In this document: in pieces, positions 1 through 8,494 of the stretch
Layout: every line of letters begins with the position of its first letter
Numbering within the stretch: the first letter of the stretch is position 1
DNA from: Candidatus Binatia bacterium
Lineage (GTDB): Bacteria > Desulfobacterota > Binatia > Bin18
NCBI GenBank assembly: GCA_963664395.2
Contig: CAXXIS010000011.1
Coordinates: forward strand, 1 to 15,631
DNA: 15,631 nt
Direction: 5' to 3'
Notes under the pieces: model-generated
Database searches by the model: none
What the model was told of the DNA's origin: nothing
The model's input: only the letters and a program-made list of their open reading frames with translations
Program-made: the position numbers and the translations under genes

Positions 1-26
1 TTTCAGCCGGGGGCAACCTCCCAACT

Positions 27-73
27 CCCCTGAGTAGCCGCTTTTGTCCCCCTGACAAGGGGGATTCAGGGGG
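27..73. repeat. Nested GC-rich palindrome (REP-like or terminator-like hairpin)
   Basis: Inner stem TCCCCCT(47-53)-GACA-AGGGGGA(58-64); outer arms CCCCTGA(27-33)/TCAGGGG(66-72). It lies downstream of the minus-strand PNPOx-like gene and resembles the hairpin at 12904-12921. Confidence 0.5.
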
Positions 74-201
74 TTTCGGGCCTCCCCTATCCACCACAGC
101 TAGAGTAGAGAGTATCGTGAAACGCGCTAACCGTTGCCGGCTTTGGCGTTTTCTGCCCACTCCTGCATGGATATGGTGCCGCCCGCTTCTTCCGTCCGGC
201 C

Positions 202-783
202 CTAATCTTTCGGCGGCAGCACGTCCTGGAGCATGTCGATACGTTTCCATTCTGCGAGCGGGGTTGCACACGCCGCTCGCGGAACGTACCGGGACGGGGA
301 AACTTTCTGGTAGCGATGGACGTAGCGGGGACAGTTGGTCCAGATTTCAGACACCTGCACCCGAACGATCAACTCGGCTTCTTGGTATTCGGCAATTAAC
401 GGATCGTCTGCCGAGACGGTGGCCCGGCCCTGCAGGCGGACCCGATTCGGCGTCTCAAAGTCGATGAACAACAGGCCGACCTCGGCGTTGCCGGCAATAT
501 TGCCCATCGAAAAAAACATGCCGTTGCCGTCATAGCTGGGAAACACGACCGTCTGCTCGTCAACCACTTTGACAAAGCCCGCATCTCCGCCCTTATACGA
601 GACCGTGGGCCGGCCCTGATGGTCTATGCTTGAGAGGAAAAACATATCCCGCGACTCGATAAAGGCTTTGTCGCCCTTGCCGACCTCGGTCTTGACCACG
701 GCCTCTTCCACCCGGTCCGCCAGCTTGCGCGTTTCAAACTGGTCTTGCAGGGCGCGGTGCCGGTCACCGTACAGTCGGCTCAC
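202..783 (-). CDS. Pyridoxamine 5'-phosphate oxidase-like FMN/F420-binding split-barrel protein (probably extends to 127 through an amber codon)
   Basis: GTG start at 783 preceded by GGAGAGGAGGA. Motifs FFLSSIDHQGRPTVSYKGGDAGFV, FPSYDGNGMFFSMGNI, VGLLFIDFE, RVRLQGRA and NCPRYVH are typical of this family. The 1026 start in the ORF track overlaps the upstream gene. Confidence 0.85.
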   Translation of the reverse strand: MSRLYGDRHRALQDQFETRKLADRVEEAVVKTEVGKGDKAFIESRDMFFLSSIDHQGRPTVSYKGGDAGFVKVVDEQTVVFPSYDGNGMFFSMGNIAGNAEVGLLFIDFETPNRVRLQGRATVSADDPLIAEYQEAELIVRVQVSEIWTNCPRYVHRYQKVSPSRYVPRAACATPLAEWKRIDMLQDVLPPKD

Positions 784-814
784 AGTGTTCCTCCTCTCCG
801 CGACAGGCTGTCGG

Positions 815-1699
815 CTACAAGTCCGCCGCCGGCACAACAATCTGTTCGGCCAGTTTCTCGATATCGCCCTTGACGGCATCCGCGTTCTCGGAAAATCCAC
901 CAACAATGATCTGATGCACGCCCAGGTCGCGGAACCGTTTGACCTCGTCCATTGTAATCGGCATGCCAATACCCGTAGAAACGGAATACTGAAACTGACT
1001 GGAGTCACGTCCGGCTGCTTCGGCATAGCCTTTCATCCGCTCGATGTGCTCTTTGGTTGATTCGGGCGTGACGTTCACCCCAAACCAGCCATCTCCGACC
1101 TCCCCGACGCGCCGCAGCGCGGGTTTGCTCTCGCCACCAAAGATAATCGGCGGATGCGGGCTCTGGACGGGTTTGGGATACGAACGAACTTTGGGGAAGC
1201 TACAAAATTCACCGCTGAATTCAGACTCTTCCTCGGTCCACAGCATTTTCATGACCTTGAGATATTCACGTGTGCGTTGCCCCCGGCGTTCCCAGGGGAC
1301 GCCCACCGCGCTGAACTCTTCAGCCAGCCAGCCCACGCCGACACCGAAATCAAAACGCCCGCCCGAAAGCTTATCCAAACTGGCGACTTCTTTTGCGGTG
1401 ACCACCGGGTTGCGCTCGGGCAGCAGGCAAATGCCGGTTCCCAGGCGAATCGTTGTGGTTTGCGCGGCGGCATACGTCAGCGCGGTAAATGGATCAAGAA
1501 TATCAATCTGCGTGGTTGGCATGGGTAATCGCCCATCGGCTGAATACGGGTATTTTGAGGTGTACCGGTCGAGCAACACCACGTGTTCGGGCGCCCAGAG
1601 TGAATGAAAACCTGCTTGCTCAGTCGTTTGCGCCGTCAGGCTGACCACCTCGGGGTCTGCGCCCAGCCCAATGCCAATCGCGAAATATCCAACTTGCAT
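815..1699 (-). CDS. LLM-class (luciferase-like) oxidoreductase, probable F420-dependent type (294 aa)
   Basis: ATG at 1699 with an AAAGGAGG RBS. Motifs GFHSLWAPEHVV, DPFTALTYAAAQTTTIRLGTGI, KEVASLDKLSGGRFDFGVGVGWLAEEF, PKPVQSPHPPIIFGG and GDGW. Confidence 0.9.
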   Translation of the reverse strand: MQVGYFAIGIGLGADPEVVSLTAQTTEQAGFHSLWAPEHVVLLDRYTSKYPYSADGRLPMPTTQIDILDPFTALTYAAAQTTTIRLGTGICLLPERNPVVTAKEVASLDKLSGGRFDFGVGVGWLAEEFSAVGVPWERRGQRTREYLKVMKMLWTEEESEFSGEFCSFPKVRSYPKPVQSPHPPIIFGGESKPALRRVGEVGDGWFGVNVTPESTKEHIERMKGYAEAAGRDSSQFQYSVSTGIGMPITMDEVKRFRDLGVHQIIVGGFSENADAVKGDIEKLAEQIVVPAADL

Positions 1700-1713
1700 A
1701 TATGCTGTCCTCC

Positions 1714-1761
1714 TTTGTGAGATTCGAGCGCATGCTATACTAGGCCGCTCCTCAGGCGCAA
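1714..1761. promoter_or_regulatory. Candidate overlapping divergent sigma70-type promoters (LLM gene and TonB receptor)
   Basis: Plus strand has an extended -10 TGC-TATACT at 1733-1741. Minus strand has TTGCGC (1761-1756) with TATAGC/TAGCAT 16-18 nt downstream. Consensus match only. Confidence 0.35.
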
Positions 1762-1807
1762 GGCACGCGGCGATTGGCCTCTCAGAAGCGAATACTCCAT
1801 TGCCGGA

Positions 1808-4217
1808 ATGGCGGAATATCAACCGAAACAATCGGACGATCGCATGACTGCAACGCGCGCCGGCCGGCGTCTGATCGCGCTCAGCATCATCCTGCTGTTG
1901 GGGATCGCCACGCTGCCGGCGGCAAGTGCTCAGGATTTCAACAAACCTGTCCCGGCGAAAGGGGTTACGCACCTGAGAGATATCCTGGTGACCGCCCAAA
2001 AGCGGGAGCAACTGATCCAGGACGTGCCGCTGCCGATCACCGCCTTCAACGCCGAACAGCTTGACGCCCTCAAACTGCGCGACCTGGGCGATCTGACGAT
2101 TACCATGCCTAATGTGTCCCTTGACGACGCCGCCCTGGCGCGCGGCTTTGCAAACTTCTCCATTCGTGGCTTGGGTATCAACAGCTCGATTCCGTCCGTC
2201 GATCCGACGGTCGGCGTCTTTGTTGACGGCATCTACCTGGGAACGAACGCAGGGGTGCTGTACGACGCCTTCGATCTGGACAGCATCGAGGTCTTGCGCG
2301 GCCCGCAAGGCGTCCTGTTCGGCCGCAACGTGGTGGGCGGAGCCGTCTTGGTCAACACCAAAACCCCGACCGATCGCTATGAGGCTACGCTCCGTAGCGC
2401 GGTCGAAGGCGGCGGCAAGGCCCCGAATATGTACGTCTCGGGGACCCTCAACGCCCCGCTGACCGACACCCTGCGTGCCCGCTTCACGGTCTATTCCAAT
2501 CAGGATCAGGGCTGGTTTGAGAACGAATACAACGGGAAGGCATTTGGCGCGCGGGATACGCTGATGCTGCGGCCGGTTGTCACCTGGCAGCCTTGGGACA
2601 CGCTGCGCTTCACGCTCCGCTACGAATATCAGGACCTCGACGAAGACGGGCCCGCGGCTCAGACGCATACCAACGGTGCCGGCCTGTCCCATCCTCTGTT
2701 CAATTTCAAGCGCGACAGCCACGACTTCGCCGTCAACGAAGAGGGCTTCCTGAAGACTTATATCAACTTCTTCAACGCCAGGGCGGATTGGGACATCCCA
2801 TTCGGTAACGGGACAATTACCAATATCTTCGGCTGGCGCGAGGGGATGGGCGATGGTCTGAGCGATACCGACGCGACGCCGCTGACCTTTTTCCATGGAG
2901 GCGGCGCACAAGCCGCGGAGCAGTTCAGCAACGAGCTGCGCTACAGCGGGATGTTCTTCGACCGGCTCTTCCTGACGACCGGCTTCTACTATTTTCAGAA
3001 CGATCTCTACTATCACGAACAGCGGCTGTTCGGTGACGCCAGTGGCGACATCTTAGAATTCAACGGCGGCGGTATCTATAACGTCGAGACGTTCGGGCTA
3101 TTCGTCGCCGGGGACTACGACCTGACCGACCGGCTGACGCTGACCCTAGGGCTGCGCCACACTCATGAAGAGAAAGCCGCACAGATTACAAATATCCTCC
3201 GAACTAGGGATATCCAGTGTCACATGGTGGATGGCCCCGACTGTCCTATCCATTTCAAAGACGAGGCAAGCTGGAACAGTCTGTCGCCCAAGATCGGGCT
3301 GACCTATCGGCTCGACGAGGAGACGCTGATCTACGCCCACTGGACGCGCGGCTTCCGGTCCGGCGGCTATAATCTGCGCGACTCGTTTTTCGATCTGACC
3401 AAGGGACTGTCGGACGCGGAGATTGCCGGGCTGGAGGCGCTCGGCCTGAAGGTCGCTCGCGATCTTGGTACCGAGGCGTTTGACGAAGAGCAGATCGACA
3501 ATTTCGAGATCGGCTTCAAGAAGACCTACGGCGACCGCGTCCGCCTGAACGCGTCGTTTTTCTACAACTTCGTCGACGATCTGCAACGTGAACTGACTTT
3601 CGGCGAGAACCTGCCTGCCCCGGACCCGATCACGGGTCGGCCTGTCATCATCTTTGTGGATGGACGGCCGACCATACAGACGGTGCAGAACCTCGTGCAG
3701 GTGATTCGGAATACGGCCGACGCCGAATTCTGGGGCTTGGAAATGGAGGGGATGGTGGTCCTCTCCCCAGGCTTGGTCTTGCTCGGCTCGCTCGGCTACG
3801 TCGAGTCGGACTACACCAAGGTCAAGTTCGACCTCACCCGGGACGGTAAGCTGGACAGTAAGGACGAGGACCTCGAACCGCCGCGGGCCGCGCACTGGAC
3901 CTATAGCCTGGGCCTGCTCCACAATCTCCGCGTCGGCACTCGCGTTCGGCTCGCTTCGCGTTTCACCTACGCCTACCGCGATAAAGAGTATACCAACGAC
4001 GACAACACCGGCTTCAACCGGCAGCAGAAGATGTTACAGGCCGGGGTGGATATGCATGTCGACAACAGCCAGTGGGTGGTCGGCCTGTACGGCAAAAACC
4101 TGCTGGACTACGCGAAGTTCGGGACGGACATCCAACTGCCCACCGGCACCCTCTCGCCGTTGATGAGAGGCCGGGTGGTTCGGTCTGGAATTGACCTATC
4201 ACTTCACCGGTAGCTGA
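1808..4217 (+). CDS. TonB-dependent outer-membrane receptor (apparent +1 frameshift near 4178; start may be ATG 1844)
   Basis: Signal peptide (RRLIALSIILLLGIATLPAASA|QD), TonB box DILVTAQKREQ, plug motifs SIRGLG, VGVFVDGIY and IEVLRGPQGVLFGRNVVGGAV, and barrel motifs RGFRSGGYN, EIGFK and GLYGKNLLD. Removing one G at about 4177-4178 gives the terminal strand GRVFGLELTYHFTGS-TGA(4217) instead of the 4213 end. Confidence 0.93.
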
Positions 4218-4237
4218 GTACCGCGGGCCGTTTGCGG

Positions 4238-4628
4238 CTAGGTCCTTGTCTGCCAGTTCCCGGCCCTTGCCCGGCGTCGGGTCTTTGACGATGCCGTAAA
4301 TTTGACGGCCCTCGTGGTCTTCGGGCAGATGCTCGGTAATCGGCAGACCCTCGGGTGTCACGAACAGCAGGCAGTGGCAGTATTTCCACTTCTTCATTTC
4401 GTCACAGGCGCAGACCCACTCGCGGCTGCGTTCGACTTCGGCTTTTTTGTCGGGATAAAAATTACACGGGCAGAGCGGGCGGCCGACCGCGTCGATATTA
4501 TTGGCCAGACCCAGAATAACCGATTCGGTCACCTCAGCCTCCGGATGGCCTGAGGTGCCGGTTTTCTGCATATATTTTTCAACGTAGATCCGCATGCGTT
4601 TAATACTTTTCTCGGAGGGCTGGTCCAT
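4238..4628 (-). CDS. ftrC: Ferredoxin:thioredoxin reductase catalytic subunit-like 4Fe-4S protein (about 129 aa; one apparent extra base just before the TAG at 4238-4240)
   Basis: ATG 4628 with a GAGGAG RBS. Motifs GRPLCPC, WVCAC and YCHCLLF. The span 4238-4628 is 3n+1, and as sequenced the frame runs on antisense into the TonB receptor to 4014. Confidence 0.85.
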
Positions 4629-4737
4629 TGCTTGACTCCTCAACTCTTCTATTCGTAGCCGCGTTACGTTTCCAATCTAGTATTTCAAGCGCGCTTATGC
4701 CACCCTCTCCGTGCTTCCGATATGTGAGGGAACGTAC

Positions 4738-5720
4738 ATGTCTCAGCAACAACCAAAAATTTATGTCACCCGCAGGCTTCCTGAAGAAGTGCTGGCACCC
4801 TTACGGACCTGCGGCGAGGTGCAGGTCTGGGAGTCAGACCACGCCATTCCGCGTGAGACCTTGCTGCAAGAAATTATCGATACCGTTGCCCTGCTGGGAA
4901 TGGTCACGGAACGCATCGATGACGACCTGCTCGACCATGCGCCCCAACTCAAGATCGTCGCCAATATGGCCGTCGGGTATGACAATGTGGATGTCCCGGC
5001 GCTGACCCGTCGCGGCGTCGTACTGACCAACACGCCGGGCGTTTTAACCGAAACTACGCCGCCGACCTCACCTTTGCCCTCATGCTGGGCATCGCCCGCC
5101 GAATCGGCGAAGGCGAACGCCGCGTACGCGCCGGTCAGTGGCCGGTGTGGAGCCCGTTTGTCTTTCTTGGGACGGACGTGCATCATGCCACGCTGGGCAT
5201 TATTGGCCTTGGGCGCATTGGAATCGAAGTCGCCAAGCGGGCGCGGGGCTTTGATATGCGTGTGCTGTACCATAATCGCAGTCAGAACAAAGACGCTGAG
5301 GAGCAGCTCGGGTGTACGCGGGTCGATATGGATACCCTCCTGAGCGAGTCGGACTTTGTGGTTGTGCTGGTTCCGCTCGGTCCGCAAACGCACCGGCTCA
5401 TCTCGACGCCTCAGCTCAAAAAGATGAAGCCCACAGCCTTTCTGGTGAACGCCGCACGCGGGCCGATTGTTGATGCGCCCGCCCTGTATGAGGCCTTGCG
5501 GGACAACGTCATCGCCGGGGCTGCGCTTGACGTGACTGACCCGGAGCCGCTGCCCGCGGACGACCCGTTGCTGACTCTCGACAATTGCCTGGTTGTTCCC
5601 CACGTTGGCAGCGCCAGTATTGCTACCCGGACGCGCATGGCCACGCTGGCGGCAGAAAACATCGCCGCCTTTCTCAGTGGCCGGCGTCCGCCCACGCCGG
5701 TGAATCCGCAGGTCCTGTGA
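4738..5720 (+). CDS. D-isomer-specific 2-hydroxyacid dehydrogenase (glyoxylate/hydroxypyruvate reductase, D-glycerate dehydrogenase type), frameshifted at about 5059
   Basis: The N-part (KIYVTRRLP, VANMAVGYDNVD, LTNTPGVLTETT) joins ADLTFALML if 2 nt are removed at about 5059-5060. The C-part has GIIGLGRIG, VNAARG (Arg), LDVTDPEP (Glu) and PHVGSAS (His). Confidence 0.88.
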
Positions 5721-5739
5721 AAAGATTATCGTTACATGC

Positions 5740-6821
5740 TTATGGTCGAAAATACGGGACCACATATTTCCCGAACAGGCGGATTGAATCCATAATGTTT
5801 TGGTGTGGAATACCACCGAACTGCATAAAGCACAGCACTTGATCAACCCCAGCTTCTTCATATTTCTTGAGTGTCCCGAATACAGCTATCCGGATCGCCC
5901 ATGCAAAACATACCGCCTTCAATGAGTTCGTCCAAGGACTTGCCCGATCGTTCCCCACGGACTGAGTCAACTGCAAATTTGTATGAATCAGGCACCTTCG
6001 TCCCCTGTTCTTGCCAGGGCCGGTAGAGTTGGAGGGTTTTATTGAGAAACCATTCGCCGGCCGGGCCGCCCACTGCTCGGGCCTGTTTGTCGCTCTCCGC
6101 ACAGTGGACGATACCGAGGGCGGCAACTTGGTTATTCACAAAGGCACCAACCGGCTCGGCCTGGGCTATGCCTTCCCGGTAGAGTTGCACCCGGCGGGCG
6201 AGTTCCTCCGGTTGGCCGATATGAAAGCACAACGTGCCAATCCCTTTCCGACCGGCCGCGGTAAAACTATCGGGCTGGGCACAGGCCACCCACAATGGAG
6301 GATGGGGTTTCTGGACTGGTTTGGGAATGATCGAGCGGGGCGGAATCTTGAAATATTTCCCCTCGTGCGAAAAGGGATCTTCGAGCCACATCCGCGGGAT
6401 GATCGAGATCGCTTCTTCCCACATCGGCTTGGTATCTTCCGGATCAATCCCGAACCCTTCCATCTCAATCAGCGTGGTCGAGCGTCCCGTGCCGAGTTCG
6501 ACCCGCCCGTCGCTCAACAGGTCGAGGACCGCAGCGCGTTCCGCCACCCGGATCGGATGATTGTACTGGGGCGGCAGCAGCGCAACCGCATGACCGATCC
6601 GGATGGTCTTGGTGCGCTGCGAGATCGCACCGTACAAGACCTCCGGAGCGGGACAGTAGGAGAACTCGGTCAAAAAATGATGCTCGACCGTCCAGAAATA
6701 CTCAAAGCCCATCTCCTCGGCCAGCATGACCTGGGCGATGACCTGTTTATTAGGTGTCTTGCACAATATTGGGGGTGTGAGGCTCCGGGATCTGGATCTC
6801 ATACATCATGCCGAACTTCAT
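5740..6821 (-). CDS. LLM-class flavin-dependent oxidoreductase/monooxygenase, with two apparent +1 frameshifts (about 6750 and 5876)
   Basis: ATG 6821 with an AAAGGGAG RBS gives MKFGMMYEIQIPEP. Motifs GFEYFWTVEHHF, RIGHAV, AERAAVLDLLSDGRVELGTGR and PKPVQKPHPPLWVA. The C-terminus KYEEAGVDQVLCFMQFGG...IRLFGKYVVPYF is in a third frame. Removing one A at about 6750 and one G at about 5876 restores one ORF. Confidence 0.88.
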
Positions 6822-6956
6822 CTGGTAGCTCCCTTTTCTGTGTAAAATCAGGACTCTTATCGCTTTTGGAAAATGGCATAGTGTGGAAAGGTCTGCAACC
6901 TTGCACACAATTCGCACCTAGTGCGTAACCGTGCTGTCCTCTATATTTTTCTTCCC

Positions 6957-6985
6957 TTGACGAGGAGACTATATCTAGTCATAAC
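6957..6985 (+). promoter_or_regulatory. TA operon promoter with internal palindromic operator
   Basis: TTGACG(6957-6962), a 17-nt spacer, then CATAAC(6980-6985). The inverted repeat GACTA-TATC-TAGTC (6967-6980) occupies the spacer. Confidence 0.6.
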
Positions 6986-6991
6986 AAGATC

Positions 6992-7249
6992 ATGAAACAG
7001 GCAATGGTATCGGAGCTGAAGGCGAAGTTGAGTGCCTATCTGTCAGAGGTCCGTAAGGGAGAGACCGTGGTTGTGTGTGATCGGAAAACACCCGTTGCCC
7101 GACTGATTCCTTACACGCAGGATACTGATGAACTCGGGATTGAAGAGCCGGTGATAACGGACCGCGAGCGCGCCTGGCCAAAACCCGTCCGACTTCGTAA
7201 AAAGGTCGATGTGGTGAAGCTGCTCAGAGAGGGCCGGGACCAGCGTTGA
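6992..7249 (+). CDS. Phd/YefM-family type II antitoxin
   Basis: 85 aa. VSELKAKLSAYLSEVRKGETVVVCDRKTPVARLIP is the Phd/YefM signature. It overlaps the downstream PIN gene by 4 nt (TTGA). Confidence 0.88.
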   Translation: MKQAMVSELKAKLSAYLSEVRKGETVVVCDRKTPVARLIPYTQDTDELGIEEPVITDRERAWPKPVRLRKKVDVVKLLREGRDQR

Positions 7250-7662
7250 TTGTCTATCTGGATACCAGCGTGGTGCTCCGGGTTCTCTTCGGGCAAGCGA
7301 AGCCATTGCAGATGTGGGGAACGTGGGAGCGAGCCTACTCCAGCGCTATGATGGGTGTTGAGGCACGACGCACCATTGACCGGCTTCGACTTGAGTCTGT
7401 CCTGGACGATGACGGCGTCGTGCAGGCGCACGATGCACTCAAAGTTATGGAACGGAGGCTGGGGACCCTCCGAGTGACACAGGCGGTCCTCTGGCGTGCC
7501 GCCCTCCCTATGGCGACCGCGGTGAAAACGCTGGACGCCATTCACCTTGCCAGTGCGCTGCTGTTGCACGAGCGTCACGTCCCGTCGTTGACGTTTGCGA
7601 CTCACGACCGACAACAGGCAACGGCTGCCCGGGCATTAGGGTTTGACGTAACGGGGGTGTAG
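7246..7662 (+). CDS. vapC: VapC-family PIN-domain toxin (ribonuclease)
   Basis: 138 aa with a TTG start coupled to the antitoxin stop. PIN acidic tetrad in YLDTS, GVEARR, TLDAIHLASA and FATHD. Confidence 0.9.
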   Translation: MIVYLDTSVVLRVLFGQAKPLQMWGTWERAYSSAMMGVEARRTIDRLRLESVLDDDGVVQAHDALKVMERRLGTLRVTQAVLWRAALPMATAVKTLDAIHLASALLLHERHVPSLTFATHDRQQATAARALGFDVTGV

Positions 7663-7706
7663 TCCGGGCTCGTCCGCCCGGAGGGGGCCGAGGTTCAGTC
7701 CGAACC
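7663..7706. terminator. Hairpins between convergent vapC and trpC-like genes
   Basis: TCCGGGC-TCGTCC-GCCCGGA directly after the vapC stop, plus GGTTC-AGTCC-GAACC. There is no U-tract, so function is uncertain. Confidence 0.35.
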
Positions 7707-8450
7707 CTATTTCATCAACTCGGTCAAACTTCCTTCCACGTCAGTCGCCTCAAGCACGTAATGGCTCACGAGCGCGGCATCGACCTGGCCGAGCAGTGCG
7801 GCGGCCTCCTCGGGCGTGCTCAGCTCATCCAGCGAGATGATAGTCTTCCGCCGCGGGATCTGAGCGGCAAGCACCGAGACGTGGGCGGTATCGAGTTTTC
7901 CGTGTGGAGAGGCCAGACCGATGATGAAACTCTCAGCCGCCAGCGCCTGGCGGAGTTCGTCGGCTGTCCGGGCCATGACAACGGGGACCACGTGGATGGA
8001 ATGGGCGGTGGTCATCAGACGGGCTAAGGTCGGCGCATCGACCGCGTCGGCCCACAGCAAAATCGCATCCGCCCCACACAGCCGGGCCTGATGGATCTGG
8101 CTGTCGTGCAGGACGAGATCGAGGGCCAACAGCGGGGTGGTGACTCTATCCGAAATCGCGCGCATATCCTCATTCGACGTGCCGAACATGCTCGGTTCGG
8201 TATACACGCCGATGGCCCCGACTTCCGTATCGTCGCAGGCTTGGGCGAGCGCAACCACGTCCAGAGCGGGCCAGGATTTGCCGCTATCCGGATCAATGCG
8301 TTTGAGCGCGGGGATAAGGCCGAGTTCCTGTTTCTGCGTGGTCACAAACTGAGCAAAATCACGAATGCTCGGGGTGACCTCGCTCAGCGGCGCGGCTGCA
8401 CCTTGCTGACCGTCCGCTTCTTTCGCCGCTCTCAGGGCTGCCCAGTCCAC
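7707..8450 (-). CDS. Indole-3-glycerol-phosphate synthase (TrpC)-like TIM-barrel protein with degenerate active site
   Basis: GTG start after AAGGAAG. Recognisable IGPS segments AIGVYTEPSMFGTS, QIHQARLCGADAILL, ELRQALAAESFIIG and STPEEAAALLGQVDAALV, but the catalytic residues are substituted (see findings). Confidence 0.75.
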   Translation of the reverse strand: MDWAALRAAKEADGQQGAAAPLSEVTPSIRDFAQFVTTQKQELGLIPALKRIDPDSGKSWPALDVVALAQACDDTEVGAIGVYTEPSMFGTSNEDMRAISDRVTTPLLALDLVLHDSQIHQARLCGADAILLWADAVDAPTLARLMTTAHSIHVVPVVMARTADELRQALAAESFIIGLASPHGKLDTAHVSVLAAQIPRRKTIISLDELSTPEEAAALLGQVDAALVSHYVLEATDVEGSLTELMK

Positions 8451-8494
8451 ACGCGCTTCCTTGTTGGCTTTCCGATTGGCTTTCTGGATGAGCC

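Noticed and set aside
202-204. Genome-wide TAG recoding or pyrrolysine
   Set aside because: TAG terminates several other genes at natural ends, and no pyl genes or suppressor tRNA are visible in the window.
784-1026. N-terminal extension of the PNPOx-like ORF to 1026
   Set aside because: It overlaps the LLM gene in another frame, and GTG 783 has an excellent RBS.
1700-3016. 733-aa ORF 815..3016 suggesting a large N-terminal fusion to the LLM enzyme
   Set aside because: The extension is the stop-free antisense shadow of the TonB receptor. A strong RBS and ATG at 1699 mark the real start.
3146-3922. Long antisense ORFs (also 4761..5861, 6011..6928 and 13096..14022)
   Set aside because: They lie opposite well-supported genes and have no motifs. 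Such ORFs are expected from GC-rich codon bias.
4014-4237. FTR C-terminal extension overlapping the TBDR 3' end by about 200 nt
   Set aside because: Explained by one extra base before the TAG at 4238-4240. The extension is not protein-like.
7707-8450. Annotation as functional trpC
   Set aside because: The catalytic Lys, Glu and Asn equivalents and the phosphate-binding motif are absent, and there is no trp operon context.
8464-8484. Direct repeat TTGGCTTTC x2 (12-nt period) between the SDR and trpC-like genes
   Set aside because: Only two short copies with no spacer structure. Not CRISPR, and no supportable function.
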